Shown piece by piece: positions 27,001 to 51,432 of a DNA stretch of 64,000 nucleotides. A program made the position numbers and the translations under genes. The DNA lies in NCBI GenBank assembly GCA_030141605.1, contig JAQGDQ010000043.1, positions 496,001 to 560,000 of the forward strand, written 5' to 3'. The notes below the pieces were generated by a model. The model saw only the letters and a program-made list of their open reading frames with translations. It made no database searches and was not told the DNA's origin. This DNA is from Tubiluchus corallicola (taxonomy: Eukaryota > Animalia > Priapulida). Each line of letters begins with the position of its first letter. The stretch's first letter is position 1.

Positions 27001-30000
27001 CTTGTCTTATGTTACTGTTGTGGTTGTAGTTCGTCGTTTGATGTTTGATGTTTACGTTTATTTTTAAAATGCTGTTTTCGCTTACGTTTCGTCGCTTTCG
27101 TAGTTCCCGCCAAAGTCAGACTTGTCCATGGAGGTGGCTTCAAGGACCGAGGATACCCGCAGCTTTGGCACGACGGTGAATGGGGCTTCATTTGTGATGA
27201 TTCCTGGGATATTGCTGATGGTCACGTGATTTGTCGTCAAGTCGGCTTCGGGTCTGTAGTTTTGCTTACTGGACATTTATAACTGACAAGTTTTAATTTA
27301 AATTTAAAAATTTCACTGGTGCGCCTCACACTATTATGGACTAGTCCCAGATTTCATTGAAATAGTGCTAACTGGTGAAATCAACGAAAAATGTTTCGAA
27401 TTGTGTCGCTTTTCATGACGATGATGATGAACGATGATGACCATGATGATGATCATGGTGATGATGATGATGAAGGTGATAATGAAGATGAGAACAACGA
27501 CGACGACGATCATGTTAAAATGGGTGTTTTCTAAGTGCGAACAACATTCATTGTTTTTTTGTATTTTTAGAGCTGCTGCAGAAGCTCACTCAGCTTCACA
27601 TTATGGAAGACCGTTTGAATATCCTGTAGTAAAGCATTGGCTAGACGACGTTGAGTGTCGAGGAAATGAATTTGCAATTGAACAGTGTAGTCATAGTGGC
27701 TGGGGGCAGCACAATTGTGATAGTAGTGAGATAGCAAGCGTCAAATGTTACCATCCTTGTGAGTTGTAGATTAAGATAAACAGTTTCGTAGGTAATAAAC
27801 TACTGGAATCTAATTTCAGATAGTTACTTATTGGCATTCGTGGCATTTATTAGCTGTGACAAAATAGTGCAAGCAACATCTGATATAATTTTTGATGCAG
27901 TCTTATTTGTAGTTGAAGCTTTTATTTCATTTGAATTAAGAGATGCCATTAGAATAAGTATAAAAGTTTACCTGTATTAGAGAATGAAGGGAGGCTCAAG
28001 GTCGCTCAATTTTCAAAGTTGTTAACAACTATTATTCTTTACCATATATTTTTCAGAAGTTCGCGAGCGCAGTACAACACAACTTTTCTGACACTATTAC
28101 TGAAGATTAGTTTCTTCTTTTAATTATTACAACATATATTGTATTCTTTGAAAAAAAAATGAAGGAAAACAAAATACGCTGTCGTCTATTTTAAGGTTAG
28201 ATAAAAACTTTAATTGATTTCTAGCTTATGACGAGTGTGCTCATAACGAAGATGACTGTACAGAAAATGCTGACTGCACAGATTTGGAAATCGGTTGGAG
28301 ATGTACCTGTAAATCTGCATTTGTAGGCGACGGTGTTTATTGCACAGGTAATTAACTGCAGGTTGTGCCATACCGGTACTGGACCAAATTTATGTATTTG
28401 TGTGCGTAGTTATATAGGACGTGCTTTTCGATCTACAAGTGTGTAACCTGTGCCAATCAAATTACACAGCACCTGTGCATGATCAAGAGAGACCTTCGTT
28501 CATCTTTCATTTTTAACCAATTCAACATTTATAAGCGCTAATCCATGCTAGAGCGATTAGAATAATTTTTGCAATTAACGTAAAACCTAAAATAATCATA
28601 TTAATTATTTATTTATATAAAGTAATTATGAATAAAAAATGTCAGAATTATTAAATTCTCAAACCAAAGTCACCTGAAAGGAGGAGGGTGGAAAACTAAA
28701 AAATTAACTCAGACTAGGCCCATGTTTACCCCGACTTATCACACTCTTTCTTTTGGATTGAATTTAATTTCAAAATTAAATGATTGTAGGTTTATTAGTT
28801 TTAATACTAATAAGGTTTACTGTTCAACTTTCAGTGTTGCACAAACGTTATGCTTCTGACACGAGCTACTTTTATCGGTATTTTGTATTCTAGTGGAAGC
28901 CTCTTTAACAATTTTAGACTAGATATTTTTCCTGTGTATTTTGATAGTAACATTACACTAGATATTACTGATTATTCAAAAGACTGTTTACCTGAAAATG
29001 CTTACAGCTTATAACGTCTACTTACAATGGTGATAAAACCTTTTTAATTTCAGAGAAACCGGGTGTTAGACTTGTTTGTGGTGGCAAGAATTACGGTTAC
29101 ATCCAAATTAAATATTCAGGCGAATGGCGATACATTTGTGAAACAAATTGGGAACCGAAAAGTGCTAATGTAACTTGTCAACAGCTAGGTTATACGTACG
29201 TCGCTTTAAAATAGTTAACAAAATCATAATGTTGCTATAAACATTACTTCTAAACATTTGAGCTAAAAGTCTGAATCAGGTGGCTATTGTACGCACAGAG
29301 ATGGAGTAACACTGATAATTTTCCACTGTTGGAGAGAATTTGGGCATGTAGTAAACTTAAACTGTAGTTCAGATCATGTGTATGCCATTTTTAAAATATA
29401 AACGCGTTTCTATAGTCAAGCGTATAGAAAAGCATTTATTAATAAAGGAAAAAGTTTTGGAATATCTTAGAGTGTCGGTACTATTATAGCAAGTTAAAAA
29501 CAAACAGGTTGGCAATGTTCTCAAAAATCACTCGCACGCTGTATCAAAATTTTAAATTTCTCGAGTTTATCGTAAATGTTGTTTAATTGAATGACTTATT
29601 TTCAGAGGCGCAGCGTACACCGTCCCTGGATTATTTTATGGGTTTCCCGGAGAAGAACTGCCCACATATTGGATTGGAGATGTACGATGTCGAGGAAATG
29701 AAACGAGTTTGTACACTTGTCCCCACTCAAGCTGGGGTCTCGTACAAGATGAATGCTCACCACTAAAAACAGTAGGGACTGCTTGTTACAATGCAGGTGC
29801 AGTAATAAATTTACTTTGGTTAAATTTGACAATTTTTCTCAACTTAATTGCTACAATTATGTTTTATGTTAAGTTTTTCCGACACTTTCCTCCTCATTGA
29901 GAATATATTTATTTCTCCATTTTATTTAGGAATTAGAGGTTCCAATTTATTTTTACAAATAAATGAAACTCATTGCAATTTTCGTAACGTGGCTCTTTCA

Positions 30001-33000
30001 ATTTTTATGCAATGATGATCTTTTATCTTATTAAATTAAAATAGGATAGTTTTTCATATCCTGCCCCATTTCAAAATACGATAAAAAGTATACATTTTAA
30101 CACCCATAATAATGCCAAAGTTTAAAATTTAAATTTCAAGTTTACTAGTGTGTTCACACATAAGATCTCGAACGTGTGGATCACATCACATCTGAACTAC
30201 ATCTGAGCTGACAAGCACAACATCTGTGCCCATCTAACTAGCGTCACAGCATTTAACAGCAGAGAACTAGCCACGCGAACACCAAATTAGGTTTCTACGT
30301 TTATAATTCTTAATTCATTCCGTAAAAAAACAGTGTATTCACTTTCAATATTTTATAGAGCAGATTGCTTTAAGCCAAAGTTTAAGACTGGGCCCGGTTT
30401 TCTATTAACCATTAATACGCCTTCTTAAACGTGGGTATGTGGGCCCGTGCTGGTCGGTTTATTTGCGGCAATTAACTGCAAAAATTTCGACGTCACATTT
30501 GTCTTAGGAGATAACGAATGTGAAACTGGCAACAATGACTGCCATGACAACGCCATCTGTAAAGATTTGAAGAAAGGTTGGACATGTGAGTGCAAGCAAG
30601 GTTACATAGGCAATGGTCGCTACTGTGCAGGTAAAGTTTAAATGTAATAATTTTCGTACTCAGGTGCCAAACTGACATGTACTTATTTTCATTTTTTAAG
30701 CTTTGGACTGAACTGAATTAAATTATACGTCACAGTATACCCAGGTATAAAACGAAAAATACTAAGTAATTATAAAGTTAAATAAAAAATTTTCCCCACT
30801 AAAGTTAGACAGAACATAATAATAAACAACATATTGTCACTTGCAAGTTAAGCCAAGTGTATTATCCTTAGCTAAGCATTATTCCTCCAGAAATAACTTT
30901 TAATAGGTTAGGGACAATTTAAATGCAGCTTACTGTTTGCCGCATTCGTCTTTCTGGCCTAGTGTGACGTAATAAACCACGTGACTGTCATAGACGGAGC
31001 GGCGATTGTCATTTTCTGCCATCAGTCAGTTTTGCTACAGTCATAACAGAACTTGTGTATTGATTTCCTGTTACGGGATTGAGTTGTCATTTAGCTCACA
31101 TTAAATTTTAAGCAGAGTGATAACAACTTAAACATTTTATTGGCAAAGTCTAAATGATCATGTTTGTCACAAGGCTTTTCTGATAAAACGTGACACATTC
31201 ATTTGATCCAGGGGACCCAGCTTTAATTAAACCTTACAGCAGGTGTCATCTTTTAAAATGTTTACATCGGCTTCATTAACAGTGACACTCAGACGGTGCT
31301 CTTTTTCTCAGTATGTTGTTAATAAATGCAGAAAGCTGCACAAGTTTTACTTTTTTAGTTTTTCACTTAAAAAAATCCTTTCAATTAGATAAATAAACGC
31401 CTCTCTATGTTAAAAACTCTGGAAATTCTGGCAAGCCTCTTCGTCAAAATCGTCAACACGGCTACTATAATTAGAAGCATGAACCATGCAAACAGGTAAA
31501 ACAGACAAAATTCCGATTTTCAGGTCCAAAAAGAATATTCTGATTTTCAGTGATTTGCCCAAGCGTATTGTTATAATGTGCAAACAGAGTTAAATTTTTA
31601 TTTTTCATATTTTTCTGTAAGGAGTAAGCGTCTACATTTTTTTCTACATCTGATTTTGATTTGCTGGGTTTTGTGCATTATTTTTGCTGTTGTTTTTCAG
31701 GTTACTTTTTTCCAGCTTGGGTAACCAATTTAGTGTGAACAGTTTTTTGTTTGCAGAGGGTCCCGGTGTACGTCTGTTAGGTGAAGAAGGATATGGTTAT
31801 CTGCAGGTTCAGTACCAAGGAAAATGGACTTACGTAGCAAGTTACGGCTGGAGTAAAGGCGCGAGCAATGTCGTTTGCAGGCAGCTTGGTTACAGGTGAA
31901 AAAAATGTTAAATCGTGAAAAGCTAAGGATTTTCCAGTGTATTCTGGCAGTGATAGTAACAATCGTAACCGTAATCACAACAATGCCAATGACAACAGCA
32001 AAAGCGCAGCAGCAACAACCACAACAACAACAACAACAACAACAACAGAAACCACCATGACCACGACCACGCCGTCAACAACATTCAAATTATTTGTTTT
32101 TTCATTCGTTTTCAGCGGCGCTATTGATGAATCAGATGTTTCAAATTTGGATAGACCGGTACCTTGTTTGATTAAAAACATTAATTGCGTGGGAAATGAA
32201 ACCGATCTTTTCTCGTGTTTCTTCGAAGTGAATTCAGATGACTTCCTTTGCAGTCCAACGTCTGTAGTTACTATTTTCTGCTACTCGGGGTCGCTGCCTG
32301 CTGATATGGGTAAGACATGAATAGGCAGCAGTAACTTCTAATAATTCTTCCTAACGGATAAAATAATAATTATACGTTTTATTATAAAAACAGAAAAAGT
32401 AGCGTTTTGTGTTTAAGACCTGCTGCAAAAATACTAAATAAAAGTGAGAAATTTTGTAGTGAAAATATAATTATATAATTATTTTGCCAAAAAATGTCAT
32501 GATGTATAGTTATGTCTATGATAGTGTTCACTTGTAGGAGCAAACTGTCGGCCTTGCTGTTTAAATCTGTTAGTAACTAATTATTGGCTAGTAATCAAAT
32601 AAATAATAAGATTTTGTTTTTGGGCATATGAATCCCGTTCAGTAGATGAGAAAAGCTGAACTTGAAAGAGAGCAAGAATAAAAACAATCAACTGTTTTAA
32701 TTAGTTTGAATGCTTTTGCGACTTTCACTCTTAATTATGCCATGTAAACAAATAAATAATCACTCTTTCCGTAGTAAAATACAGTATATTTTTATGGTTA
32801 TATCAATAATTCGACATTACATCTTTTTCAAGAATATGTAGCCAAAAGTATAATATAATATGCACAACCTTAGATGAAAACAATATACATATTAATCAAT
32901 CAATGTGCCATCGCCTTAAATACGTTATCAATGAATTTTTTTTGTAATTTTAATGATCTTTTATTTGTAAGATGCATTTGATCGTCATGTAAAATGGATT

Positions 33001-34638
33001 AAAATTTGAAATGTCAGAAGGATGTTCCTATTCTGTCTGTCAGCTGTGTTTTTGTATTTTCTAGTTAATTTAATAGTGATACGAGCTTTTATTTATAAGT
33101 TCTGTAATTAATATCAGGCTGTGATCATTACAGAAATTTTGTACATTGGCAAAGTTGGCGACTCAATCCAACAAAGCCCTCCTGGTGTTCTTTAAATCTG
33201 TCAGCTTAAGTTCTGCTTGTTTTGCCATAATGTCTTTTTCGTCACAAAAAGATTCTAACCCATAAATCACATTACAAATCTTACATGTCCCTGGTTTGTT
33301 AGAAATACAGATTTCATATTGCGGCTGTTTGTCCCAAGTTGGAGCAGCTGTATCCGATCTAACTAGCTGACAGCTTACGGCTCCTGAGGTATTGTCAACC
33401 CTAAATACAGTTTTAATATCCAGATTACGTTTTTTTAAAGAATACTGTTAATCCTGCATGAGATTTATCAGAAACAGAAGGGTCTTGCAGTATTTGATGG
33501 GGTTTAGCCACATCAGTCTTCTTTCTTCCGACATTATTGGAATTACCAATTTTTTTACTTAATACGTAATGTCGTTTTCTAATAATCTTTTCTGGATATT
33601 TCAACAGCTTGTTAATACGAAATTATTATTATTATTATTAATTAATTAATTAATTAATTAATAGAACCTTTAATATTTTAGGTTCATCTGGACTTAGCAA
33701 TAATTTGTCGTCTTTAAATTCGTTAAGTAAGTATGATTTTTTTATGATAATGATGATAAGAGTTAGAAGAAGCAACTGACGAAACATTTTTTGTCGCTTT
33801 GTGCACCAGTAAATGGCGAAATAGATACTTTAAAATACCAGAAAAGTTAAAGCCTTCGATATTTTCTTAGATTTACACTACGTACTAGGCCTACAAATGA
33901 ATATGAAACAGAAGAAAACTAATGGAAATTGCGTTGTGCATATAATATAATTATTATGATTATTATGGCCAAAATTATTAGCAATTACCCAGAGGTTTCC
34001 CGTAAAATCTACTTTAATTTCAGCGAAGGCAGCCTTGGTGTTTTCAATATTGGTGACATTAATTGCTATAGTTGTTGCAGCAGTAGCAGTATTTTTTTAC
34101 TTAAAACGGTATGTATTACAAGTTTATAACACGCCTTAATTCAACATAATTTTACTTTACTTACATCTGTGACTCCAATACTATATCACTTCGTATGCTG
34201 TAACATCTGACGCTTAATGAATTATCACATAATAGTTGTGCTAGTGCTCTTAACGAGCGTCTTACTCATGCAAATCAAACTAACCAATATTAGCCTTTAA
34301 ATGTTTTTATATAATTGTAGTTCGTGTAGTTGCTCAGCGTCGGCATTAACGGTGTAGTTATAGCCCATTGTCACCACAGTTCTCATTTTGAGTGACATTA
34401 CCTGTACGTCTTTGCCACAATATCATCGTTTTGTCGTCGTCGTTCTCCTCCTCCTCATCGTCATCATCATTGTCATAGTCACCAAGACACCATCATCATA
34501 GCTGGCAGTGGAATCTAGTGTCGAGGTGACAGTGATTTCAGCGTTTCTCTAACTATGCACATGTATTGTATTTTTAGCCGATCCCCTACACAGCAATCAG
34601 TGGAGTTTAATAAACTACGTGAACATGAAGAAGCTTAA
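17655..34638 (+). CDS. Type-I membrane protein: signal peptide, 2x Tudor-like, (SRCR-cbEGF)x3, SRCR, TM, short tail; 16 exons, about 803 aa
   Basis: Exons 17655-17742, 19890-20285, 21562-21736, 23133-23323, 25310-25432, 27104-27251, 27571-27758, 28225-28347, 29054-29195, 29606-29796, 30508-30630, 31757-31895, 32116-32309, 33682-33726, 34024-34108, 34578-34638. All are GT-AG and phase-compatible; total 2412 nt ending in TAA; AATAAA at 34918 and downstream. Confidence 0.85.
17903..18090. repeat. (ATA)n/(ACAATA)n microsatellite
   Basis: Directly visible in intron 1 of the SRCR gene. Confidence 0.95.
19890..20285 (+). CDS. Exon 2: tandem Tudor-like (DUF4537-like) domains
   Basis: [18 protein letters not shown]...VSFETGE and [18 protein letters not shown]...[10 protein letters not shown]; ttttag acceptor, G|gtacgt donor; phase 1-1. 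Confidence 0.8.
21562..21736 (+). CDS. Exon 3: SRCR1 N-half
   Basis: LRLVG...[33 protein letters not shown]. Confidence 0.92.
23133..23323 (+). CDS. Exon 4: SRCR1 C-half
   Basis: [38 protein letters not shown]. Confidence 0.92.
24330..24394. repeat. Degenerate (ACTG)n microsatellite
   Basis: ctgactgactgactactgattgactgaccgac... Confidence 0.8.
25310..25432 (+). CDS. Exon 5: calcium-binding-type EGF 1
   Basis: [40 protein letters not shown]; 123 nt, phase 1-1. Confidence 0.92.
25650..26830 (+). mobile_element. Degenerate CR1/L2-group LINE reverse-transcriptase fragment (intronic)
   Basis: [50 protein letters not shown]-like, [36 protein letters not shown]; stops, frameshifts and deletions present. 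Confidence 0.9.
27104..27251 (+). CDS. Exon 6: SRCR2 N-half (missed by the ORF track)
   Basis: [45 protein letters not shown]. Confidence 0.92.
27415..27512. repeat. (GAT/GAC)n trinucleotide repeat
   Basis: Directly visible in the intron that splits SRCR2. Confidence 0.85.
27571..27758 (+). CDS. Exon 7: SRCR2 C-half
   Basis: [37 protein letters not shown]. Confidence 0.92.
28225..28347 (+). CDS. Exon 8: EGF 2
   Basis: [40 protein letters not shown]; 123 nt. Confidence 0.92.
29054..29195 (+). CDS. Exon 9: SRCR3 N-half
   Basis: [43 protein letters not shown]. Confidence 0.9.
29606..29796 (+). CDS. Exon 10: SRCR3 C-half
   Basis: [40 protein letters not shown]. Confidence 0.9.
30508..30630 (+). 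CDS. Exon 11: EGF 3
   Basis: [40 protein letters not shown]; 123 nt. Confidence 0.92.
31757..31895 (+). CDS. Exon 12: SRCR4 N-half (divergent)
   Basis: [42 protein letters not shown]. Confidence 0.88.
31955..32082. repeat. (CAA/CAG/CCA)n trinucleotide repeat
   Basis: Directly visible in the intron that splits SRCR4. Confidence 0.85.
32116..32309 (+). CDS. Exon 13: SRCR4 C-half (divergent)
   Basis: [40 protein letters not shown]. Confidence 0.88.
33682..33726 (+). CDS. Exon 14: Ser-rich juxtamembrane spacer
   Basis: ttttag acceptor; [15 protein letters not shown]; gtaagt donor; 45 nt, phase 1-1. Confidence 0.6.
34024..34108 (+). CDS. Exon 15: transmembrane helix
   Basis: [28 protein letters not shown]; tttcag acceptor, gtatgt donor. 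Confidence 0.85.
34578..34638 (+). CDS. Exon 16: cytoplasmic tail and stop
   Basis: tttttag acceptor; [19 protein letters not shown]-stop; phase 2 matches. Confidence 0.75.
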
Positions 34639-36044
34639 ATGTGTTCATTCAGGGATGAATGTCGATGATGGATGCAAACATCCTGTTTTATGATTAAACA
34701 GCTAAAAGGAAAGTCAAAACAATGTGCGGTGATACAGCAAGCAATGTGGTGAATCTAGAAGAGAAAATAATAGATGTGTAACTATTGTTCACAAAAATTA
34801 GAGAGACATAGGAACATAGGACAAAAATTTTAGGAACATAGTTATTAGAACCAAAAGCTATAGAAAAGGATGGAAAGTTTTTGGATAAAAATAAGTTGCA
34901 ATCTTTTTATGTTCTTTAATAAATTTTCCAACGTTTACCCAGTTCTTGAGCTTCCGACAAATCTTTAGTGGCAGAGACCTGCACGTTTATAGTTTATTTA
35001 ATACCGTAATGAAATAAAACGATAAATACACTATGAATAATTTCATGATTTTGTTTAAAATAAAAGTTGTCATATATTCGCTGTGTAAAATAAACGATGA
35101 ATGTTGGCATCTATTATAAAATATTTTGTTATCTTGTTTCACGTTGTTTATCTATTGGTCTGTGTATTACACTTTAACACAATTTATTTAATTGATTTAA
35201 TATGGATCAGTAGTTAAAATCTCTTTAAATAGGAAAAGATCGCATAGTTCCACAAAGAGTAGATAAATATTGAGCGTTTTTGTAGACGAATAGTAACTTT
35301 CTGATGAATTGGGAGAAAAACCTAGATTGCAACAAATCGTAGTTCAGTCACCAACAAAACAACAAAAGTGTAATTTCGTTTATTTTATGTATAATAAAAA
35401 CTTTGTACAATAAATGTTAAGAAGTAGAATAAAACCCTTCTACCTATTAATCTGTTCACATTTTAAAACCAATAATTGTTATAAACAGTAGCAGTTTTCA
35501 TAAAAACTTTGTACATTTTAAAAATCAGACGCCTTGTGGCGACATTCTAATTTATTTTGATTTTCAGCTGCGTAACATTATGAATCATTGTTAATAACAA
35601 GGCCATCATTTTAAGGTAAGCTAAACTGGGTGTGAATGTTGTAAACACAGAATGTATCATGTTACCACTTGCAAGTAAACTACATTCCACTACAATCATT
35701 CTTGTTTATTGTGATTTACAATTGACCACTATAATTAACGCTGCAATGAAAACAGGGCAAGTTTTAATTCAATTTTTATGCTGTTGCAAATTTTATTTAA
35801 ACTAGCTGTTCATAGAGTATTGAATGCAATTTAATCCACACGATAGTTGGTATAAGTATTCACAGATTTGAACCATTTGGATACAGAAATTGGAATTCTT
35901 GCTAAATTATTTTCATTTTTATTTGATTAATAATATTAGTTAATTACGATAGAAATTATCATAAATGACGATGAAAGTTCTACTTGTTTGCTTGCAGTTA
36001 CAGTAGCCACCACAAAGTAGAACAACTGATAGGTTTTGCATACT

Positions 36045-36106
36045 ATATCAGCATATACCTGTATCAGCATATACTTTTATCAGCATATACTCGTTTCAGC
36101 ATATAC
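36045..36106. repeat. About 18-bp tandem repeat (TATCAGCATATAC core), 3-4 copies
   Basis: Directly visible. Confidence 0.8.
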
Positions 36107-36409
36107 ATAACAAAATAACCACGCTTGATATACACAACACAGTTCACCTAATACATACTTTCTAGACACACAAAAGGCAATCTAAATGATAACGATGTTA
36201 CTGACAGACTGTAAAGGAACATTTTGAGCAATGGGGATGTTTTATGACTATAGAAGACTACACGTATCTTACTTTGATTATTAATCATTTTACTATACAC
36301 ACAATGCACAATTATGTTAAATAATATTAAAAATTCAAGATTTTCTTCTTCGATTAACAAATTGATGAAAACATGAACAAACTAATGTAGATATGCAGTT
36401 TAAAAAAAC

Positions 36410-36682
36410 AGCCATTGCAGCACAGCTCTATAGGAGACACTTGCATTGCTTATATAGGAGACACTAGCTTACTTTGCTGTACTGCACTAGTACAGCAAAG
36501 CAAGACACACGCATTGCTGTATTTGCCCTACAGAAGACACATGCATTGCTGTACTGCCCTACAGGAGACACCTGCATTGCTGTGCAATCCTAAAGCACAT
36601 GCATTGTTAAACTGCCCTACAGGCAGCACACGCATTGCTGCTTGCCCTACTGGAGACACATATATCACTGCACTACCCTACA
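36410..36682. repeat. About 31-bp diverged minisatellite
   Basis: Consensus approximately GCATTGCTGTACTGCCCTACAGGAGACACAC, around 8-9 copies; lies in the probable AP-2 3'UTR. Confidence 0.88.
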
Positions 36683-37102
36683 TGACTCTCACTGTAGATT
36701 GATAAAGAAGATTAAAATTCAATCAAATTGTAAGTTAAATCTCAACCATCTTCTGCAGCATCTAAATAAATAATTGAGTAAACCTGTTAGAGTAGAACTA
36801 AGTACATCTGATTCAATCATTCAGGAAAAAACAAACTATTTTGATTTTACATTATATTATAGTACATCACGTATTTTAGGAAAGTACTGAGCTAGTCTTA
36901 ATAGGAGGTAATGAAAATTAAAATCAAGATTTCGTGCAGCCAAATAAAATTTTGCAAAAAAACAATGTTCGCAGTGTTTAATCACGTACACCAAGAAGTG
37001 AAAAAGTAAAGACAACATCTTTATATTAGTGAGAACAGTGAGATTACTTAGATTAGCATGACAACTATTTAAACTAAAAATTACTAATAGACAGAAAAGC
37101 AA

Positions 37103-49825
<12,723 letters not shown>

Positions 49826-51139
49826 CTGAAATATAAAACAAAACAACCATTAAATGTTATAGAATGAACATCAACCAAACAACAAAACAATTCTAAATAA
49901 TTTTTAGAATTAAATCGCAAATAAACCAGCCTGAAATAAATATTAAAAGCAAATTGTGAAAATGTATTATTGTAAAACACAAGTAACACCGTTATACACA
50001 TAATTGCTGATGCTCTAAACTATTTGTTATTCTTAGATATTGTGTACTGCATATACGTTTTATTTTTGTCATCTTAATTTTGTTTACAACGTATAGTACA
50101 AGTTTGTGCAAATATTCATATTTTGCAATTGAAATACATAAATTTTGTTTGGAAAAAATATTCGTAAAATTAACTTGAAAATAAGAGAAAAAATGAAAAG
50201 ATGATTTGCATAATAAGAGATAAGATGAAATGGCGTGACTAACTTGAAAGTAAAATTTCATAGCTGTTTATAATTATACAAAGTGTAAAAAGTTGAAGTT
50301 CAAATAATTGCTTATGGAGCAAAAAATAAAATAATAAAATTTAATAGGCCAACGTACAGCAAAGAAAATGGAAATGATTTGGTAGTTGATACTCCGCATT
50401 TTAATGAAACCGTCCAAATTTTATAAGCATTAATAAGGTAATTAAGAAAAACTTCAGTAAAGAGCCTAGTAGGCCCGTTCTAGTGTTCGTTCACGTCAGC
50501 AAAAAGCGAAAGTTTCAAACTTGAAACGGGTGTATAGTATAACATTATTCATGGTAATTCGAAACGACTATGACATACTCAAAATTTAATAATAGCCTCA
50601 AACTCGTAAAACGACAAGCTAACACAAACATGGAAACATACCATAGTGTTATTAGAGTTAATTTACTGCAATTCACTGTTATTATCTGTGGAAAGCTGTG
50701 CTTCGGGGTGGGATTTCCCACTTTGCCATGGGCCAGGTTAAACACAAGCTGTTAGTGAATCGCAGAAAATGGCCGATAAACCTAAACGCCATGATATTCG
50801 GCCGTCTTAAAATTCATGCTTTGTGGTAAAACTGCCGTAGGAGGTGGTTGTGAAGTGTGCTGCTCGGAAACTCACTTCTACAAATAAGAGAACTGTAGAG
50901 CCACGGGGTAGGATGAGGCAAATTCTCTACGTGAAGCAAAGGCGCTAAGTGAAAGTATTTCAGGAAACAGAACCCTCAAAGACCGGTCTAAACTCGAACT
51001 TAAGCGTACGTCTACAGTGAAACTATGGTCTTCCAAGTGTTTTTTATTGAAATGCTTGTTTGCTGAAATGCTAGGCAGTAAAATCAAATCTCGATGTTTC
51101 GATTGGTTAACACGGACATGACAATCTGCCTCATAAAAC

Positions 51140-51432
51140 AAAGAATGGCTGGATTGTCCAAAACGAATGAATGGATTATCCAAATGGAATGATTGAATTG
51201 TCCAAAGTAATGACTAGATTGTCCAAAAAGAACGGGTGGAGTGTCCAAAAGGAATGGCTAGGAATGTCCAAAAATAATGACTGGATTGTCTAAAAAGAAT
51301 GGCTGGATTGTCCAAAAATAACGACTGGTTTATACAAAAAGAATGACTTGGATTGTCCACAAAGAATGGCTAGGATAGTCCGAAAGCAATAACTGGATTG
51401 TCCAAAAAGAATGGCTGGATGTCCAAAAACAA
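51140..51432. repeat. About 21-23 bp minisatellite, roughly 13 copies
   Basis: Consensus approximately GAATGGCTGGATTGTCCAAAAA, head-to-tail with no spacers. Confidence 0.92.

Noticed and set aside
27082-27276. Minus-strand 64-aa ORF
   Set aside because: Antisense shadow of the SRCR2 N-half exon.
31937-32115. Mucin-like Thr run in frame with the SRCR4 C-half
   Set aside because: It lies in the intron splitting SRCR4; a TGA directly follows the donor and a good acceptor exists at 32115.
36415-36702. Cys-rich 95-aa ORF
   Set aside because: Product of the 31-bp minisatellite, with no true ATG or splice context.
51140-51432. CRISPR-like array
   Set aside because: Units are head-to-tail without unique spacers, there are no cas genes, and the context is eukaryotic; it is a minisatellite.
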